Source: the human T2T-CHM13v2.0 reference genome, Homo sapiens. Taken from it: 64,000 nt of DNA. The position numbers were made by a program, and so were the translations under genes. Where the stretch lies: assembly GCF_009914755.1 (NCBI RefSeq), contig NC_060933.1; one strand, written 5' to 3'. This document shows positions 40,050 through 54,400 of this stretch, in pieces (within the stretch, counting starts at the first letter, position 1; every line of letters begins with the position of its first letter). The notes beneath the pieces were generated by a model. It ran no database searches. It was not told the origin of the DNA and worked only from the letters and a program-made list of their open reading frames with translations.

Positions 40050-41850
40050 CATTCCAATCCATGCCATTCCACTCGTGTTGATTCCATTCTTTCCATTCCA
40101 TTCAAGTTGAATCCATTCCATTGCATTCCATTCCATTCGATTCCATTCGATTGCACTCAGGTTGATTCCATTCCATTGCATTCCATTCCATTCCATTCCA
40201 TTCCATTCCGTTCCGTTCCATTCCATTCCATTCCATTCCATTCCATTCCGTTCCGTTCCATTCCATTCCATTCCATTCTATTCGGGTTAATTCCATTCCA
40301 TTCCATTCGATTGCAATCGAGTTGATTCCATTCCATTCCATTCCATTCCATTCCATTCCTTTCCATTCCATTACGGATGATTCCATTCCATTGCATTCCA
40401 TTCCATTCCATTCCCCTGTACTCGGGTTGATTCCATTCCATTCCATTCCAATCCATGCCATTCCACTCGTGTTGATTCCATTCTTTCCATTCCATTCAAG
40501 TTGAATCCATTCCATTGCATTCCATTCCATTCCATTCCCCTGCAGTCGGGTTGATTCCATTCCATTCCATTCCATTCCATTCCATTCCATTCCATTCCAA
40601 TCAAGTTGATTCCATTCCATTCCATTCCATTGCATTCCATTCCATTCCACTCCATTCCAGTCCTTTCCATTCCACTCAACTCGGGTTGATTCCAATGTAT
40701 TCCTTTCTATTCCATTCCATTCCATTGCAATCGAGTTGATTCCATTGCTTTGCATTCCATTCCATTCCATTCCATTCCGGATGATTCCATTCCATTGCAT
40801 TCCATTCCATTCCATTCCCCTGCACTCGGGTTGATTCCATTCCATTCCACTCCATTCCATTCCATTCCATTCCATTGCATTCCATTCCATTCCCCTGCAC
40901 TCGGGTTGATTCCATTCCATTCCATTCCATTCCATTCCATTCCATTCCTTTCCATTCCATTACGGATGATTCCATTCCATTGCATTCCATTCCATTCCAT
41001 TCCCCTGTACTCGGGTTGATTCCATTCCATTCCATTCCAATCCATGCCATTCCACTCGTGTTGATTCCATTCTTTCCATTCCATTCAAGTTGAATCCATT
41101 CCATTGCATTCCATTCCATTCGATTCCATTCGATTGCACTCGGGGTGATTCCATTCCATTGCATTCCATTCTATTCCATTCCATTCCATTCCATTCCATT
41201 CTGTTCCATTCCATTCCATTACATTCGGATTGATTCTATTCAATTCCCTTACACTCCATTACATTACATTCCATTAGGGTAATTTCCATTCCATTCCATT
41301 CCATTCCTCTCCATTCCATTGAACTCGGGTTGATTCCATTCCATTGCATTCCATTCCATTCCATTCAATTCCATTCCGTTCCATTCCATTCCATTACATT
41401 CGGATTGATTCTATTCAACTCCATTACTCTCCATTACATTCCATTCCATTCGGGTTGTTCCATTCCATTCCATTCCATTCCACTCCATTCCATTGCACTC
41501 GGGTTGATTCCATTCCATTCCATTCCATTCCATTCCATTCCGGAAGATTCCATTCCATTGCATTCCATTCCATTCCATTCCCCTGCACTCGCGTTGATTC
41601 CATTCCATTCCATTCCATTCCATTCCATTCCATTCCGTTCCGTTCCGTTCCATTCCATTCCATTCCATTCCATTCCATTCCATTCCATTCCGTTCCGTTC
41701 CATTCCATTCCATTCCATTCTATTTGGGTTAATTCCATTCCATTCCATTCGATTGCAATCGAGTTGATTCCATTCCATTCCATTCCATTCCATTCCATTC
41801 CATTCCATTCCTTTCCATTCCATTACGGATGATTCCATTCCATTGCATTC
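40050..41850. repeat. ~1.8 kb block duplicated at about 57110-58940 (offset ~17.07 kb)
   Basis: Shared variants caatcaagttg (~40598/57671), cggggtgatt (~41141/58219), cattagggtaattt (~41272/58350) and gaactcggg (~41321/58399). Identical translations at 40107..40325 and 57175..57393. Confidence 0.87.
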
Positions 41851-41869
41851 CATTCCATTCCATTCCGTT

Positions 41870-43660
41870 CCGTTCCGTTCCATTCCATTCCATTCCATTC
41901 TATTCGGGTTAATTCCATTCCATTCCATTCCATTCCATTCCATTCCAAACGAGTTGATTCCATTCCATTCCATTCCATTACATTCCACTCCATTCCAGTC
42001 CTTTCCATTCCATTCCACTCGGGTTGATTCCAATGTATTCATTTCCATTCAATTCCATTCCATTGCAATCGAGTTGATTCCATTGCTTTGCATTCCATTC
42101 CATTCCATTCCATTCCGGATGATTCCATTCCATTGCATTCCATTCCATTCCATTCCCCTGCACTCGGGTTGATTCCATTCCATTCAATTCCGTTCCCTTC
42201 CATTCCATTCCATTCCATTCTATTCGGGTTAATTCCATTCCATTCCATTCGATTGCAATCGTGTTGATTCCATTCCATTGCATTCCATTCCATTCCATTC
42301 CCCTGTACTCGGGTTGATTCCATTCCATTGCATTCTAATCCATGCCCTTCCACTCGTGTTGATTCCATTCTTTCCATTCCATTCAAGTTGAATCCATTCC
42401 ATTGCATTCCATTCCATTCGATTCCATTCGATTGCACTCGGGTTGATTCCATTCCATTGCATTCCATTCCATTCGATTCCATTCGATTGCACTCGGGTTG
42501 ATTCCATTCCATTGCATTCCATTCCATTCCATTCAATTCCATTCCGTTCCATTCCACTCCATTACATTCGGATTGATTCTATTCAACTCCCTTACTCTCC
42601 ATTACATTCCATTCCATTCGGGCTGTTCCATTCCATTCCATTCCATTCCACTCCATTCCATTGCACTCGGGTTTATTCCATTCCATTCCATTCCATTCCA
42701 TTCCATTCCATTCCATTCCGGAAGATTCCATTCCATTGCATTCCATTCCATTCCATTCCCCTGTACTCGCGTTGATTCCATTCCATTCCATTCCATTCCA
42801 TTCCATTCCATTCCATTCCTTTCCGTTCCATTCCATTCCATTCCATTCCATTCCATTCCATTCCATTCTGTTCCGTTCCGTTCCATTCCATTCCATTCCA
42901 TTCTATTCGGGTTAATTCCATTCCATTCCATTCGATTGCAATCGAGTTGATTCCATTCCATTCCATTCCATTCCATTCCATTCCATTCCATTCCTGATGA
43001 TTCCATTCCATTGCATTCCATTCCATTCCATTCCCCTGTACTCGGGTTCATTCCATTCCATTCCATTCCAATCCATGCCATTCCACTCGTGTTGATTCCA
43101 TTCTTTCCATTCCATTCAAGTTGAATCCATTCCATTGCATTCCATTCCATTCCATTCCCCTGCAGTCGGGTTGATTCCATTCCATTCCATTCCATTCCAT
43201 TCCATTCCATTCCATTCCATTCCGTTCCGTTCCGTTCCATTCCGTTCCATTCCATTCCATTCCATTCCATTCCGTTCCGTTCCGTTCTGTTCCATTCCAT
43301 TCCATTCCATTCCATTCCATTCCATTCCATTCCATTCCGTTCCGTTCCATTCCATTCCATTCCATTCTATTTGGGTTAATTCCATTCCATTCCATTCGAT
43401 TGAAATCGAGTTGATTCCATTCCATTCCATTCCATTCCATTCCATTCCATTCCATTCCTTTCCATTCCATTACGGATGATTCCATTCCATTGCATTCCAT
43501 TCCATTCCATTCCCCTGTACTCAGGTTGATTCCATTCCATTGCATTCCAATCCATGCCCTTCCACTCGTGTTGATTCCATTCTTTCCATTCCATTCAAGT
43601 TGAATCCATTCCATTGCATTCCATTTCATTCGATTCCATTCGATTGCACTCGGGTTGATT
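41870..43660. repeat. ~1.8 kb block also at about 51740-53620 and 60020-61890
   Basis: Shared words in the same order: caaacgagtt, cattctaatc, gggctgttcc, ctgtactcgcg, gattgaaatcgag, ctgtactcagg. Confidence 0.82.
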
Positions 43661-46279
43661 CCATTCCATTGCATTCCATTCCATTCCATTCCATTCCATT
43701 CCATTCCGTTCCGTTCCATTCCATTCCATTACATTCGGATCGATTCTATTCAATTCCCTTACACTCCATTACATTCCATTCCATTCGGGTAGTTTCCATT
43801 CCATTCCATTCCATTCCTCTCCATTCCATTGCACTCGGGTTGATTCCATTACATTGCATTCCATTCCATTCCATTCAACTCGATTCCTTTCCATTCCATT
43901 CCATTACATTCGGATTGATTCTATTCAACTCCCTTACTCTCCATTACATTCCATTCCATTCGGGTTGTTCCATTCCATTCCATTCCATTCCACTCCATTC
44001 CATTGCACTCGGGTTTATTCCATTCCATTCCATTCCATTCCGGAAGATTCCATTCCATTGCATTCCATTCCATTCCATTCCCCTGCACTCGCGTTGATTC
44101 CATTCCATTCCATTCCATTCCATTCCATTCCATTCCATTCCATTCCATTCCTTTCCGTTCCATTCCATTCCATTCCATTCCATTCCATTCCGTTCCGTTC
44201 CGTTCCGTTCTGTTCCATTCCATTCCATTCCATTCTATTCGGTTTAATTCCATTCCATTCCATTCGACTGCAATCGAGTTGATTCCATTCCATTCCATTC
44301 CATTCCATTCCATTCCATTCCTTTCCATTCCATTACGGATGATTCCATTCCATTGCATTCCATTCCATTCCATTCCCCTGTACTCGGGTTGATTCCATTC
44401 CATTCCATTCCAATGCATGCCATTCCACTCGTGTTGATTCCATTCTTTCCATTCCATTCAAGTTGAATCCATTCCATTGCATTCCATTCCACTCCATTCC
44501 CCTGCAGTCGGGTTGATTCCATTCCATTCCATTCCATTCCATTCCATTCCATTCCATTCCATTCCGTTCCGTTCCGTTCCATTCCATTCCATTCCATTCT
44601 ATTCGGGTTAATTCCATTCCTTTCCATTCCATTCCATTCCATTCCATTCCATTCCATTCCAATCGAGTTGATTCCATTCCATTCCATTCCATTACTTTCC
44701 ACTCCGTTCCAGTCCTTTCCATTCCATTCCACTCGGGTTGATTCCAATGTATTCCTTTCCATTCCATTCCATTCCATTGCAATCGAGTTGATTCCATTGC
44801 TTTCCATTCCATTCCATTCCATTCCATTCCGGATGATTCCATTCCATTGCATTCCATTCCATTCCATTCCCCTGCACTCGGGTTGATTCCATTCCATTCC
44901 ATTCCTTTCCGTTCCATTGCATTCCGTTCCATTCTATTCGGGTTAATTCCATTCCATTCCATTCGATTGCAATCGTGTTGATTCCATTCCATTGCATTCC
45001 ATTCCATTCCATTCCCCTGTACTCGGGTTGATTCCATTCCATTGCATTCTAATCCATGCCCTTCCACTCGTGTTGTTTCCATTCATTCCATTCCATTCAA
45101 GTTGAATCCATTCCATTGCATTCCATTCCATTCCATTCCCCTGCAGTCGGGTTGATTCCATTCCATTCCATTCCATTCCATTCCATTCCATTCCATTCCA
45201 TTCCTTTCCGTTCCATTCCATTCCATTCCATTCCATTCCATTCCATTCTGTTCCGTTCCGTTCCATTCCATTCCATTCCATTCTATTCGGGTTAATTCCA
45301 TTCCATTCCATTCGATTGCAATCGAGTTGATTCCATTCCATTCAATTCCATTCCATTCCATTCCATTCCATTCCATTCCATTCCGGATGATTCCATTCCA
45401 TTGCATTCCATTCCATTCCACTCCCCTGTACTCGGGTTCATTCCATTCCATTCCATTCCAATCCATGCCATTCCACTCGTGTTGATTCCATTCTTTCCAT
45501 TCCATTCAAGTTGAATCCATTCCATTGCATTCCATTCCATTCGATTCCATTCGATTGCACTCGGGTTGATTCCATTCCATTGCATTCCATTCCATTGCAT
45601 TCCATTCCATTCCATTCCATTCCGTTCCATTCCATTCCATTACATTCGGATTGATTCTATTCAATTCCCTTACACTCCATTACATTCCATTCCATTCGGG
45701 TAGTTTCCATTCCATTCCATTCCATTCCTCTCCATTCCATTGCACTCGGGTTGATTCCATTCCATTGCATTCCATTCCATTCCATTCAATTCGATTCTGT
45801 TCCATTCCATTCCATTACATTCGGATTGATTCTATTCAACTCCCTTACTCTCCATTACATTCCATTCCGTTCGGGTTGCTCCATTCCATTCCATTCCATT
45901 CCACTCCATTCCATTGCACTCGGGTTTATTCCATTCCATTCCATTGCATTCCATTCCATTCCATTCCCCTGCACTCGCGTTGATTCCATTCCATTCCATT
46001 CCATTCCATTCCATTCCATTCCATTCCTTTCCGTTCCATTCCATTCCATTCCATTCCATTCCATTCCGTTCCGTTCCATTCCATTCCATTCCATTCTATT
46101 CGGGTTAATTCCATTCCATTCCATTCGATTGCAATCGTGTTGATTCCATTCCATTGCATTCCATTCCATTCCATTCCATTCCATTCCATTCCTTTCCATT
46201 CCATTACGGATGATTCCATTCCATTGCATTCCATTCCATTCCATTCCCCTGTACTCGGGTTGATTCCATTCCATTGCAT

Positions 46280-48420
46280 TCCAATCCATGCCCTTCCACT
46301 CGTGTTGATTCCATTCTTTCCATTCCATTCAAGTTGAATCCATTCCATTGCATTCCATTCCATTCGATTCCATTCGATTGCACTCGGGTTGATTCCATTC
46401 TATTGCATTCCATTCCATTCCATTCCATTCCATTCCATTCCATTCCATTCCGTTCCATTCCATTCCATCACATTCGGATTGATTCTTTTCAATTCCCTTA
46501 CACTCCATTACATTTCGTTCCATTCGGGTAGTTTCCATTCCATTCCATTCCATTCCTCTCCATTCCATTGCACTCGGGTTGATTGCATTCCATTGCATTC
46601 CATTCCATTCCATTCAATTCCATTCCATTCCATTCCATTTCATTCTATTCCATTTTACTCGGGTTGATTCCATTCCATTGCATTCCATTCCATTCCATTA
46701 CGTTCCATTCCATTCCATTACTTTCGGGTTGATTCTATTCAACTCCCTTACTCTCCATTCCATTCCATTCCATTCCTGTTGTTCCATTCCATTCCATTCC
46801 ATTCCACTCCATTCCATTGCACTGGGGTTGATTCCATTCCATTTCATTCCATTCCATTCAATTCCGGATGATTCCATTCCATTGCATTCCGATCCATTTC
46901 ATTCCCCTGCACTCGGGTTGATTCCATTCCATTCCATTCCATTCCATACCATTCCATTCCATTCCATTCTATTCCAATTCTTTCCATTCCATTCAATTCC
47001 GTACCATACCATTCCATTCCATACAATTCCATTCCATTCCATTCCATTCCATTCCATTCCATTCCATTCCGTTCCGTTCCATTCCATTCCATTCCATTCT
47101 ATTCCATCCCATTCCATTCCATTCTGTTCCGTTCCATTCCTTTCCATTCCATTCTATTCCATTCTATTGCATTCCATTGCAATCGAGTTGAATCTATTGC
47201 ATTCCATTCCATTCCATTCCGGAAGATTACATTCCATTGCATTCCATTCCATTCCATTCCCCTGCACTCGCGTTGATTCCATTCCATTCCATTCCATTCC
47301 ATTCCATTCCATTCCATTCCATTCCTTTCCTTTCCATTCCATTGCATTCCATTCCATTCCATTCCATTCCATTCCGTTCCGTTCCATTCCTTTCCATTCC
47401 ATTCTATTCGGGTTAATTCCATTCCATTCCATTCGATTGCAATCGAGTTGATTCCATTCCATTCCATTCCATTCCATTCCATTCCATTCCATTCCTTTCC
47501 ATTCCATTACGGATGATTCAATTCCATTGCATTCCATTCCATTCCATTCCCTTGTACTCGGGTTGATTCCATTCCATTGCATTCCAATCCATGCCATTCC
47601 ACTCGTGTTGATTCCATTCTTTCCATTCCATTCAAGTTGAATCCATTCCATTGCATTCCATTCCATTCGATTCCATTCGATTGCACTCGGGTTGATTCCA
47701 TTCCATTGCATTCCATTCCATTCCATTCCATTGCATTCCATTCCATTCCGTTACATTCCATTTCATTACATTCAGATTGATTCTATTCAATTCCCTTACA
47801 CTCCATTATATTCCAATCCATTCTGGTTGTTTCCATTCCATTCCATTCCATTTCACTCCATTCCATTGCACTCGGGTTGATTCCATTCCATTCCATTCCA
47901 TTGCATTCCATTACATTCCATTCCGGATGATTCCATTCCATTGCATTCCATTCCATTCCATTCCCCTGCACTTGGGTTGATTCCATTCCATTCCATTACA
48001 TTACATTCCGTTCCATTCCATTCCATTCCATTCGGATTGATTCTATTCAATTCCCTTACACTCGATTACATTCCATTCCATTCGGGTAGTGTCCATTCCA
48101 TTCCATTCCATTCCTCTCCATTCCTTTGCACTCGGGTGGATTCCATTCCATTCCATTCCATTCCATTCCATTCCATTGCATTCCATTCCATTGTACTCGG
48201 GTTGATTCCATTCCATTACATTCCATTCCTTTCCATTCCATTCCATTCCATTCCATTCCATTCCGTTCCATTCCATTACATTCGGATTGATTCTATTCAA
48301 CTCCCTTACTCTCCATTACATTCCATTCCATTCGGGTTGTTCCATTCCATTCCATTCCATTCCACTCCATTCCATTGCAGTCGGGTTGATTCCATTCCAT
48401 TCCATTCCATTCCATTCCAT
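46280..48420. repeat. Third copy of a ~2.1 kb block also at about 53510-55660 and 61780-63930
   Basis: Shared rare words ccatcacattcgg, cattttactcggg, gcactggggttg, ccgatccatttc, gaatctattgc and ctcgattaca. Offset 7226-7241 to the 53.5 kb copy. Confidence 0.88.
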
Positions 48421-51400
48421 TCCATTCCATTCCTTTCCATTCCATTACGGATGATTCCATTCCATTGCATTCCATTCCATTCCATTCCCCTGTACTCGGG
48501 TTGATTCCATTCCATTCCATTCCAATCCATGCCATTCCACTCGTGTTCATTCCATTTTTTCCATTCCATTCAAGTTGAATCCATTCCTTTGCATTGCATT
48601 CCATTCGATTCCATTTGATTGCACTCGGGTTGATTCCATTCCATTGCATTCCATTCCATTCCATTCCATTCCATTCCATTCCATTCCGTTCCGTTCCATT
48701 CCATTCCATTCCATTACATTCGGATTGATTCTATTCAATTCCCTTACACTCCATTACATTCCATTCCATTCGGGTAGTTTCCATTCCATTGCATTCCATT
48801 CCTCTCCATTCCATTGCACTCGGGTTGATTCCATTCCATTGCATTCCATTCCATTCCATTCCATTCCATTCCGTTCCATTCCATTCCATTACATTCGGAT
48901 TGATTCTATTCAACTCCCTTACTCTCCATTACATTCCATTCCATTCGGGTTGTTCCATTCCATTCCATTCCATTCCACTCCATTCCATTGCACTCGGGTT
49001 GATTCCATTCCATTCCATTCCATTCCATTCCATTCCATTCCATTCCGGAAGATTCCATTCCATTGCATTCCATTCCATTCCATTCCCCTGCACTCGCGTT
49101 GATTCCATTCCATTCCATTCCATTCTATTCCATTCCATTCCCTTCCTTTCCGTTCCATTCCATTCCATTCCATTCCATTCCATTCCATTCCGTTCCGTTC
49201 CATTCCATTCCATTCCATTCTATTCGGGTTAATTCCATTCCATTCCATTCGATTGCAATCGAGTTGATTCCATTCCATTCCATTCCATTCCATTCCATTC
49301 CATTCCATTCCTTTCCATTCCATTACGGATGATTCCATTCCATTGCATTCCATTCCATTCCATTCCCCTGTACTCGGGTTGATTCCATCCCATTCCATTC
49401 CAATCCATGCCATTCCACTCGTGTTGATTCCATTCTTTCCATTCCATTCAAGTTGAATCCATTCCATTGCATTCCATTCCATTCGATTCCATTTGATTGC
49501 ACTCGGGTTGATTCCATTCCATTGCATTCCATTCCATTCCATTCCATTCCATTCCATTCCAATCCGTTCCATTCCATTCCATTACATTCGGATTGATTCT
49601 ATTCAATTCCCTTACACTCCATTACATTCCATTCCATTCGTGTAGTTTCCATTCCATTCCATTCCATTCCTCTCCATTCCATTGACCTCGGGTTGATTCC
49701 ATTCCATTGCATTCCATTCCATTCCATTCCATTCAATTCCGTTCCATTCCATTCCATTACATTCGGATTGATTCTATTCAACTCCCTTACTCTCCATTAC
49801 ATTCCATTCCATTCGGGTTGTTCCATTCCATTCCATTCCATTCCACTCCATTCCATTGCGCTCGGGTTGATTCCATTCCATTCCATTCCATTCCATTACG
49901 GATGATTCCATTCCATTGCATTCCGTTCCATTACATTCCCCTGCACTCGGGTTGATTCCATTCCATTCCATTCCATTCCATTCGATACCATTCCATTCCA
50001 ATTCTTTCCATTCCATTCTATTCCGTACCATTCCATTCCATTCCATACAATTCCATTCCATTCCATTCCACTCCGTTCCGTTCCGTTCCGTTCTGTTCCG
50101 TTCCATTTCATTCCATTCCATTCTATTCGGTTTAATTCCATTCCATTCCATTCCACGCCATTCCATTCTATTCCATTCCATTGCAATCGAGTTGAATCCA
50201 TTGCATTCCATTCCATTCCATTCCATTCCGGAAGATTCCATTCCATTGCATTCCATTCCATTCCATTCCATTCCATTCCGTTCCATTCCATTCCATTCCA
50301 TTCCATTGTACTCGGGTTGATTCCATTCCTTTGCATTCCATTCCATTCCATTCCATTCCATTCCGTTCCATTCCATTCGGATTGATTCTTTTCAACTCCC
50401 TTACTCTCCATTACATTCCATTCCATTTGGGTTGTTCCATTCCATTCCATTCCATTCCACTCCATTCCATTGCACTCGGGTTGATTCCATTCCATTCCAT
50501 TCCATTCCATTCCGGATGATTCCATTCCATTGCATTCCGTTCCATTACATTCCCCTGCACTCGGGTTGATTCCATTCCATTCCTTTCCATTCCATTCGAT
50601 TCCATTCCATTCCCCTGCACTCGCGTTGATTCCATTCCATTCCATTCCATTCCATTCCATTCCATTCCATTCCTTTCCGTTCCATTCCATTCCATTCCAT
50701 TCCATTCCGTTCCGTTCCGTTCCATTCCATTCCATTCCATTCTATTCGGATTAATTCCATTCCATTCCATTCGATTGAAATCGAGTTGATTCCATTCCAT
50801 TCCATTCCATTCCATTCCATTCCATTCCAGTCCATTCCATTCCTTTCCATTCCATTACTGATGATTCCATTCCATTACATTCCATTCCATTCCATTCCCC
50901 TGTACTCGGGTTGATTCCATTCCATTCCATTCCAATCCATGCCTTTCCACTCGTGTTGATTCCATTCTTTCCTTTCCATTCAAGTTGAATCCATTCCATT
51001 GCATTCCATTGCATTCGATTCCATTCGATTTCACTCGGGTTGATTCCATTCCATTGCATTCCATTCCATTGCATTCCATTCCATTCCATTCCGTTCCATT
51101 CCATTTCATTACATTCAGATTGATTCTTTTCAATTCCCTTAAACTCCATTATATTCCAATCCATTCTGGTTGTTTCCATTCCATTCCATTTCACTCCATT
51201 CCATTGCACTCGGGTTGATTCCAATCCATTCCATTCCATTGCATTCCATTCCATTCCATTCCGGATGATTCCATTCCATTGCATTCCGTTCCATTACATT
51301 CCCCTGCACTCGCGTTGATTCCATTCCATTCCATTCCATTCCATTCCATTACAATTCGTTCCATTTTATTCTATTCCGTACCATTCCATTCCATTCCATA

Positions 51401-51469
51401 CCATTCCATTCCATTCCATTCCATTCCATTCCATTCCATTCCATTCCATTCCCCTGCATTCGGGTTGAT

Positions 51470-54400
51470 TCCATTCCATTCCATTCCATTCCATTCCTTT
51501 CCATTCAATTACGGATGATTCCATTCCATTGCATTCCATTCCATTCCATTCCCCTGTACTCGGGTTGATTCCATTCCATTCCATTCCAATCCATGCCATT
51601 CCACTCGTGTTGATTCCATTCTTTCCATTCCATTCAAGTTGAATCCATTCCATTGCATTCCATTCCATTCCATTCCCCTGCAGTCGGGTTGATTCCATTC
51701 CATTCCATTCCATTCCATTCCATTCCATTCCATTCCGTTCCGTTCCGTTCCATTCCATTCCATTCCATTCTATTCGGGTTAATTCCATTCCATTCCATTC
51801 CATTCCATTCCATTCCAAACGAGTTGATTCCATTCCATTCCATTCCATTACATTCCACTCCATTCCAGTCCTTTCCATTCCATTCCACTCGGGTTGATTC
51901 CAATGTATTCCTTTCCATTCAATTCCATTCCATTGCAATCGAGTTGATTCCATTGCTTTGCATTCCATTCCATTCCATTCCATTCCGGATGATTCCATTC
52001 CATTGCATTCCATTCCATTCCATTCCCCTGCACTCGGGTTGATTCCATTCCATTCAATTCCGTTCCCTTCCATTCCATTCCATTCCATTCTATTCGGGTT
52101 AATTCCATTCCATTCCATTCGATTGCAATCGTGTTGATTCCATTCCATTGCATTCCATTCCATTCCATTCCCCTGTACTCGGGTTGATTCCATTCCATTG
52201 CATTCTAATCCATGCCCTTCCACTCGTGTTGATTCCATTCTTTCCATTCCATTCAAGTTGAATCCATTCCATTGCATTCCATTCCATTCGATTCCATTCG
52301 ATTGCACTCGGGTTGATTCCATTCCATTGCATTCCATTCCATTCCATTCCATTCCATTACATTCGGATTGATTCTATTCAATTCCCTTACACTCCATTAC
52401 ATTCCATTCCATTCGGGTAGTTTCCATTCCATTCCATTCCATTCCTCTCCATTCCATTGCACTCGGGTTGATTCCATTCCATTGCATTCCATTCCATTCC
52501 ATTCAATTCCATTCCGTTCCATTCCACTCCATTACATTCGGATTGATTCTATTCAACTCCCTTACTCTCCATTACATTCCATTCCATTCGGGCTGTTCCA
52601 TTCCATTCCATTCCATTCTACTCCATTCCATTGCACTCGGGTTTATTCCATTCCATTCCATTCCATTCCATTCCATTCCATTCCGGAAGATTCCATTCCA
52701 TTGCATTCCATTCCATTCCATTCCCCTGTACTCGCGTTGATTCCATTCCATTCCATTCCATTCCATTCCATTCCATTCCATTCCTTTCCGTTCCATTCCA
52801 TTCCATTCCATTCCATTCCATTCCATTCCATTCTGTTCCGTTCCGTTCCATTCCATTCCATTCCATTCTATTCGGGTTAATTCCATTCCATTCCATTCGA
52901 TTGCAATCGAGTTGATTCCATTCCATTCCATTCCATTCCATTCCATTCCATTCCATTCCATTCCGGATGATTCCATTCCATTGCATTCCATTCCATTCCA
53001 TTCCCCTGTACTCGGGTTCTTTCCATTCCATTCCATTCCAATCCATGCAATTCCACTCGTGTTGATTCCATTCTTTCCATTCCATTCAAGTTGAATCCAT
53101 TCCATTGCATTCCATTCCATTCCATTCCCCTGCAGTCGGGTTGATTCCATTCCATTCCATTCCATTCCATTCCATTCCATTCCATTCCGTTCCGTTCCGT
53201 TCCATTCCATTCCATTCCATTCCATTCCATTCCATTCCGTTCCGTTCCGTTCTGTTCCATTCCATTCCATTCCATTCCATTCCATTCCATTCCATTCCAT
53301 TCCATTCCGTTCCATTCCATTCCATTCCATTCTATTTGGGTTAATTCCATTCCATTCCATTCGATTGAAATCGAGTTGATTCCATTCCATTCCATTCCAT
53401 TCCATTCCATTCCATTCCTTTCCATTCCATTACGGATGATTCCATTCCATTGCATTCCATTCCATTCCATTCCCCTGTACTCAGGTTGATTCCATTCCAT
53501 TGCATTCCAATCCAGGCCCTTCCACTCGTGTTGATTCCATTCTTTCCATTCCATTCAAGTTGAATCCATTCCATTGCATTCCATTTCATTCGATTCCATT
53601 CGATTGCACTCGGGTTGATTCCATTCTATTGCATTCCATTCCATTCCATTCCATTCCATTCCATTCCATTCCATTCCGTTCCATTCCATTCCATCACATT
53701 CGGATTGATTCTTTTCAATTCCCTTACACTCCATTACATTTCGTTCCATTCGGGTAGTTTCCATTCCATTCCATTCCATTCCTCTCCATTCCATTGCACT
53801 CGGGTTGATTGCATTCCATTGCATTCCATTCCATTCCATTCAATTCCATTCCATTCCATTCCATTTCATTCTATTCCATTTTACTCGGGTTGATTCCATT
53901 CCATTGCATTCCATTCCATTCCATTACGTTCCATTCCATTCCATTACTTTCGGGTTGATTCTATTCAACTCCCTTACTCTCCATTCCATTCCATTCCATT
54001 CCTGTTGTTCCATTCCATTCCATTCCATTCCACTCCATTCCATTGCACTGGGGTTGATTCCATTCCATTTCATTCCATTCCATTCAATTCCGGATGATTC
54101 CATTCCATTGCATTCCGATCCATTTCATTCCCCTGCACTCGGGTTGATTCCATTCCATTCCATTCCATTCCATACCATTCCATTCCATTCCATTCCATTC
54201 CAATTCTTTCCATTCCATTCAATTCCGTACCATACCATTCCATTCCATACAATTCCATTCCATTCCATTCCATTCCATTCCATTCCGTTCCATTCCATTC
54301 CGTTCCGTTCCATTCCATTCCATTCCATTCTATTCCATCCCATTCCATTCCATTCTGTTCCGTTCCATTCCTTTCCATTCCATTCTATTCCATTCTATTG

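Larger units (their letters stand above)
37090..45120. repeat. Direct duplication: about 37090-39270 repeated at 42940-45120 (offset ~5.85 kb)
   Basis: Shared variants ggatcgattcta (~37874/43737), caactcgattcctttcc (~38013/43876), cgactgcaatc (~38427/44265), caatgcatgcc (~38573/44411) and cactccgttccagtcc (~38847/44700). Confidence 0.85.
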
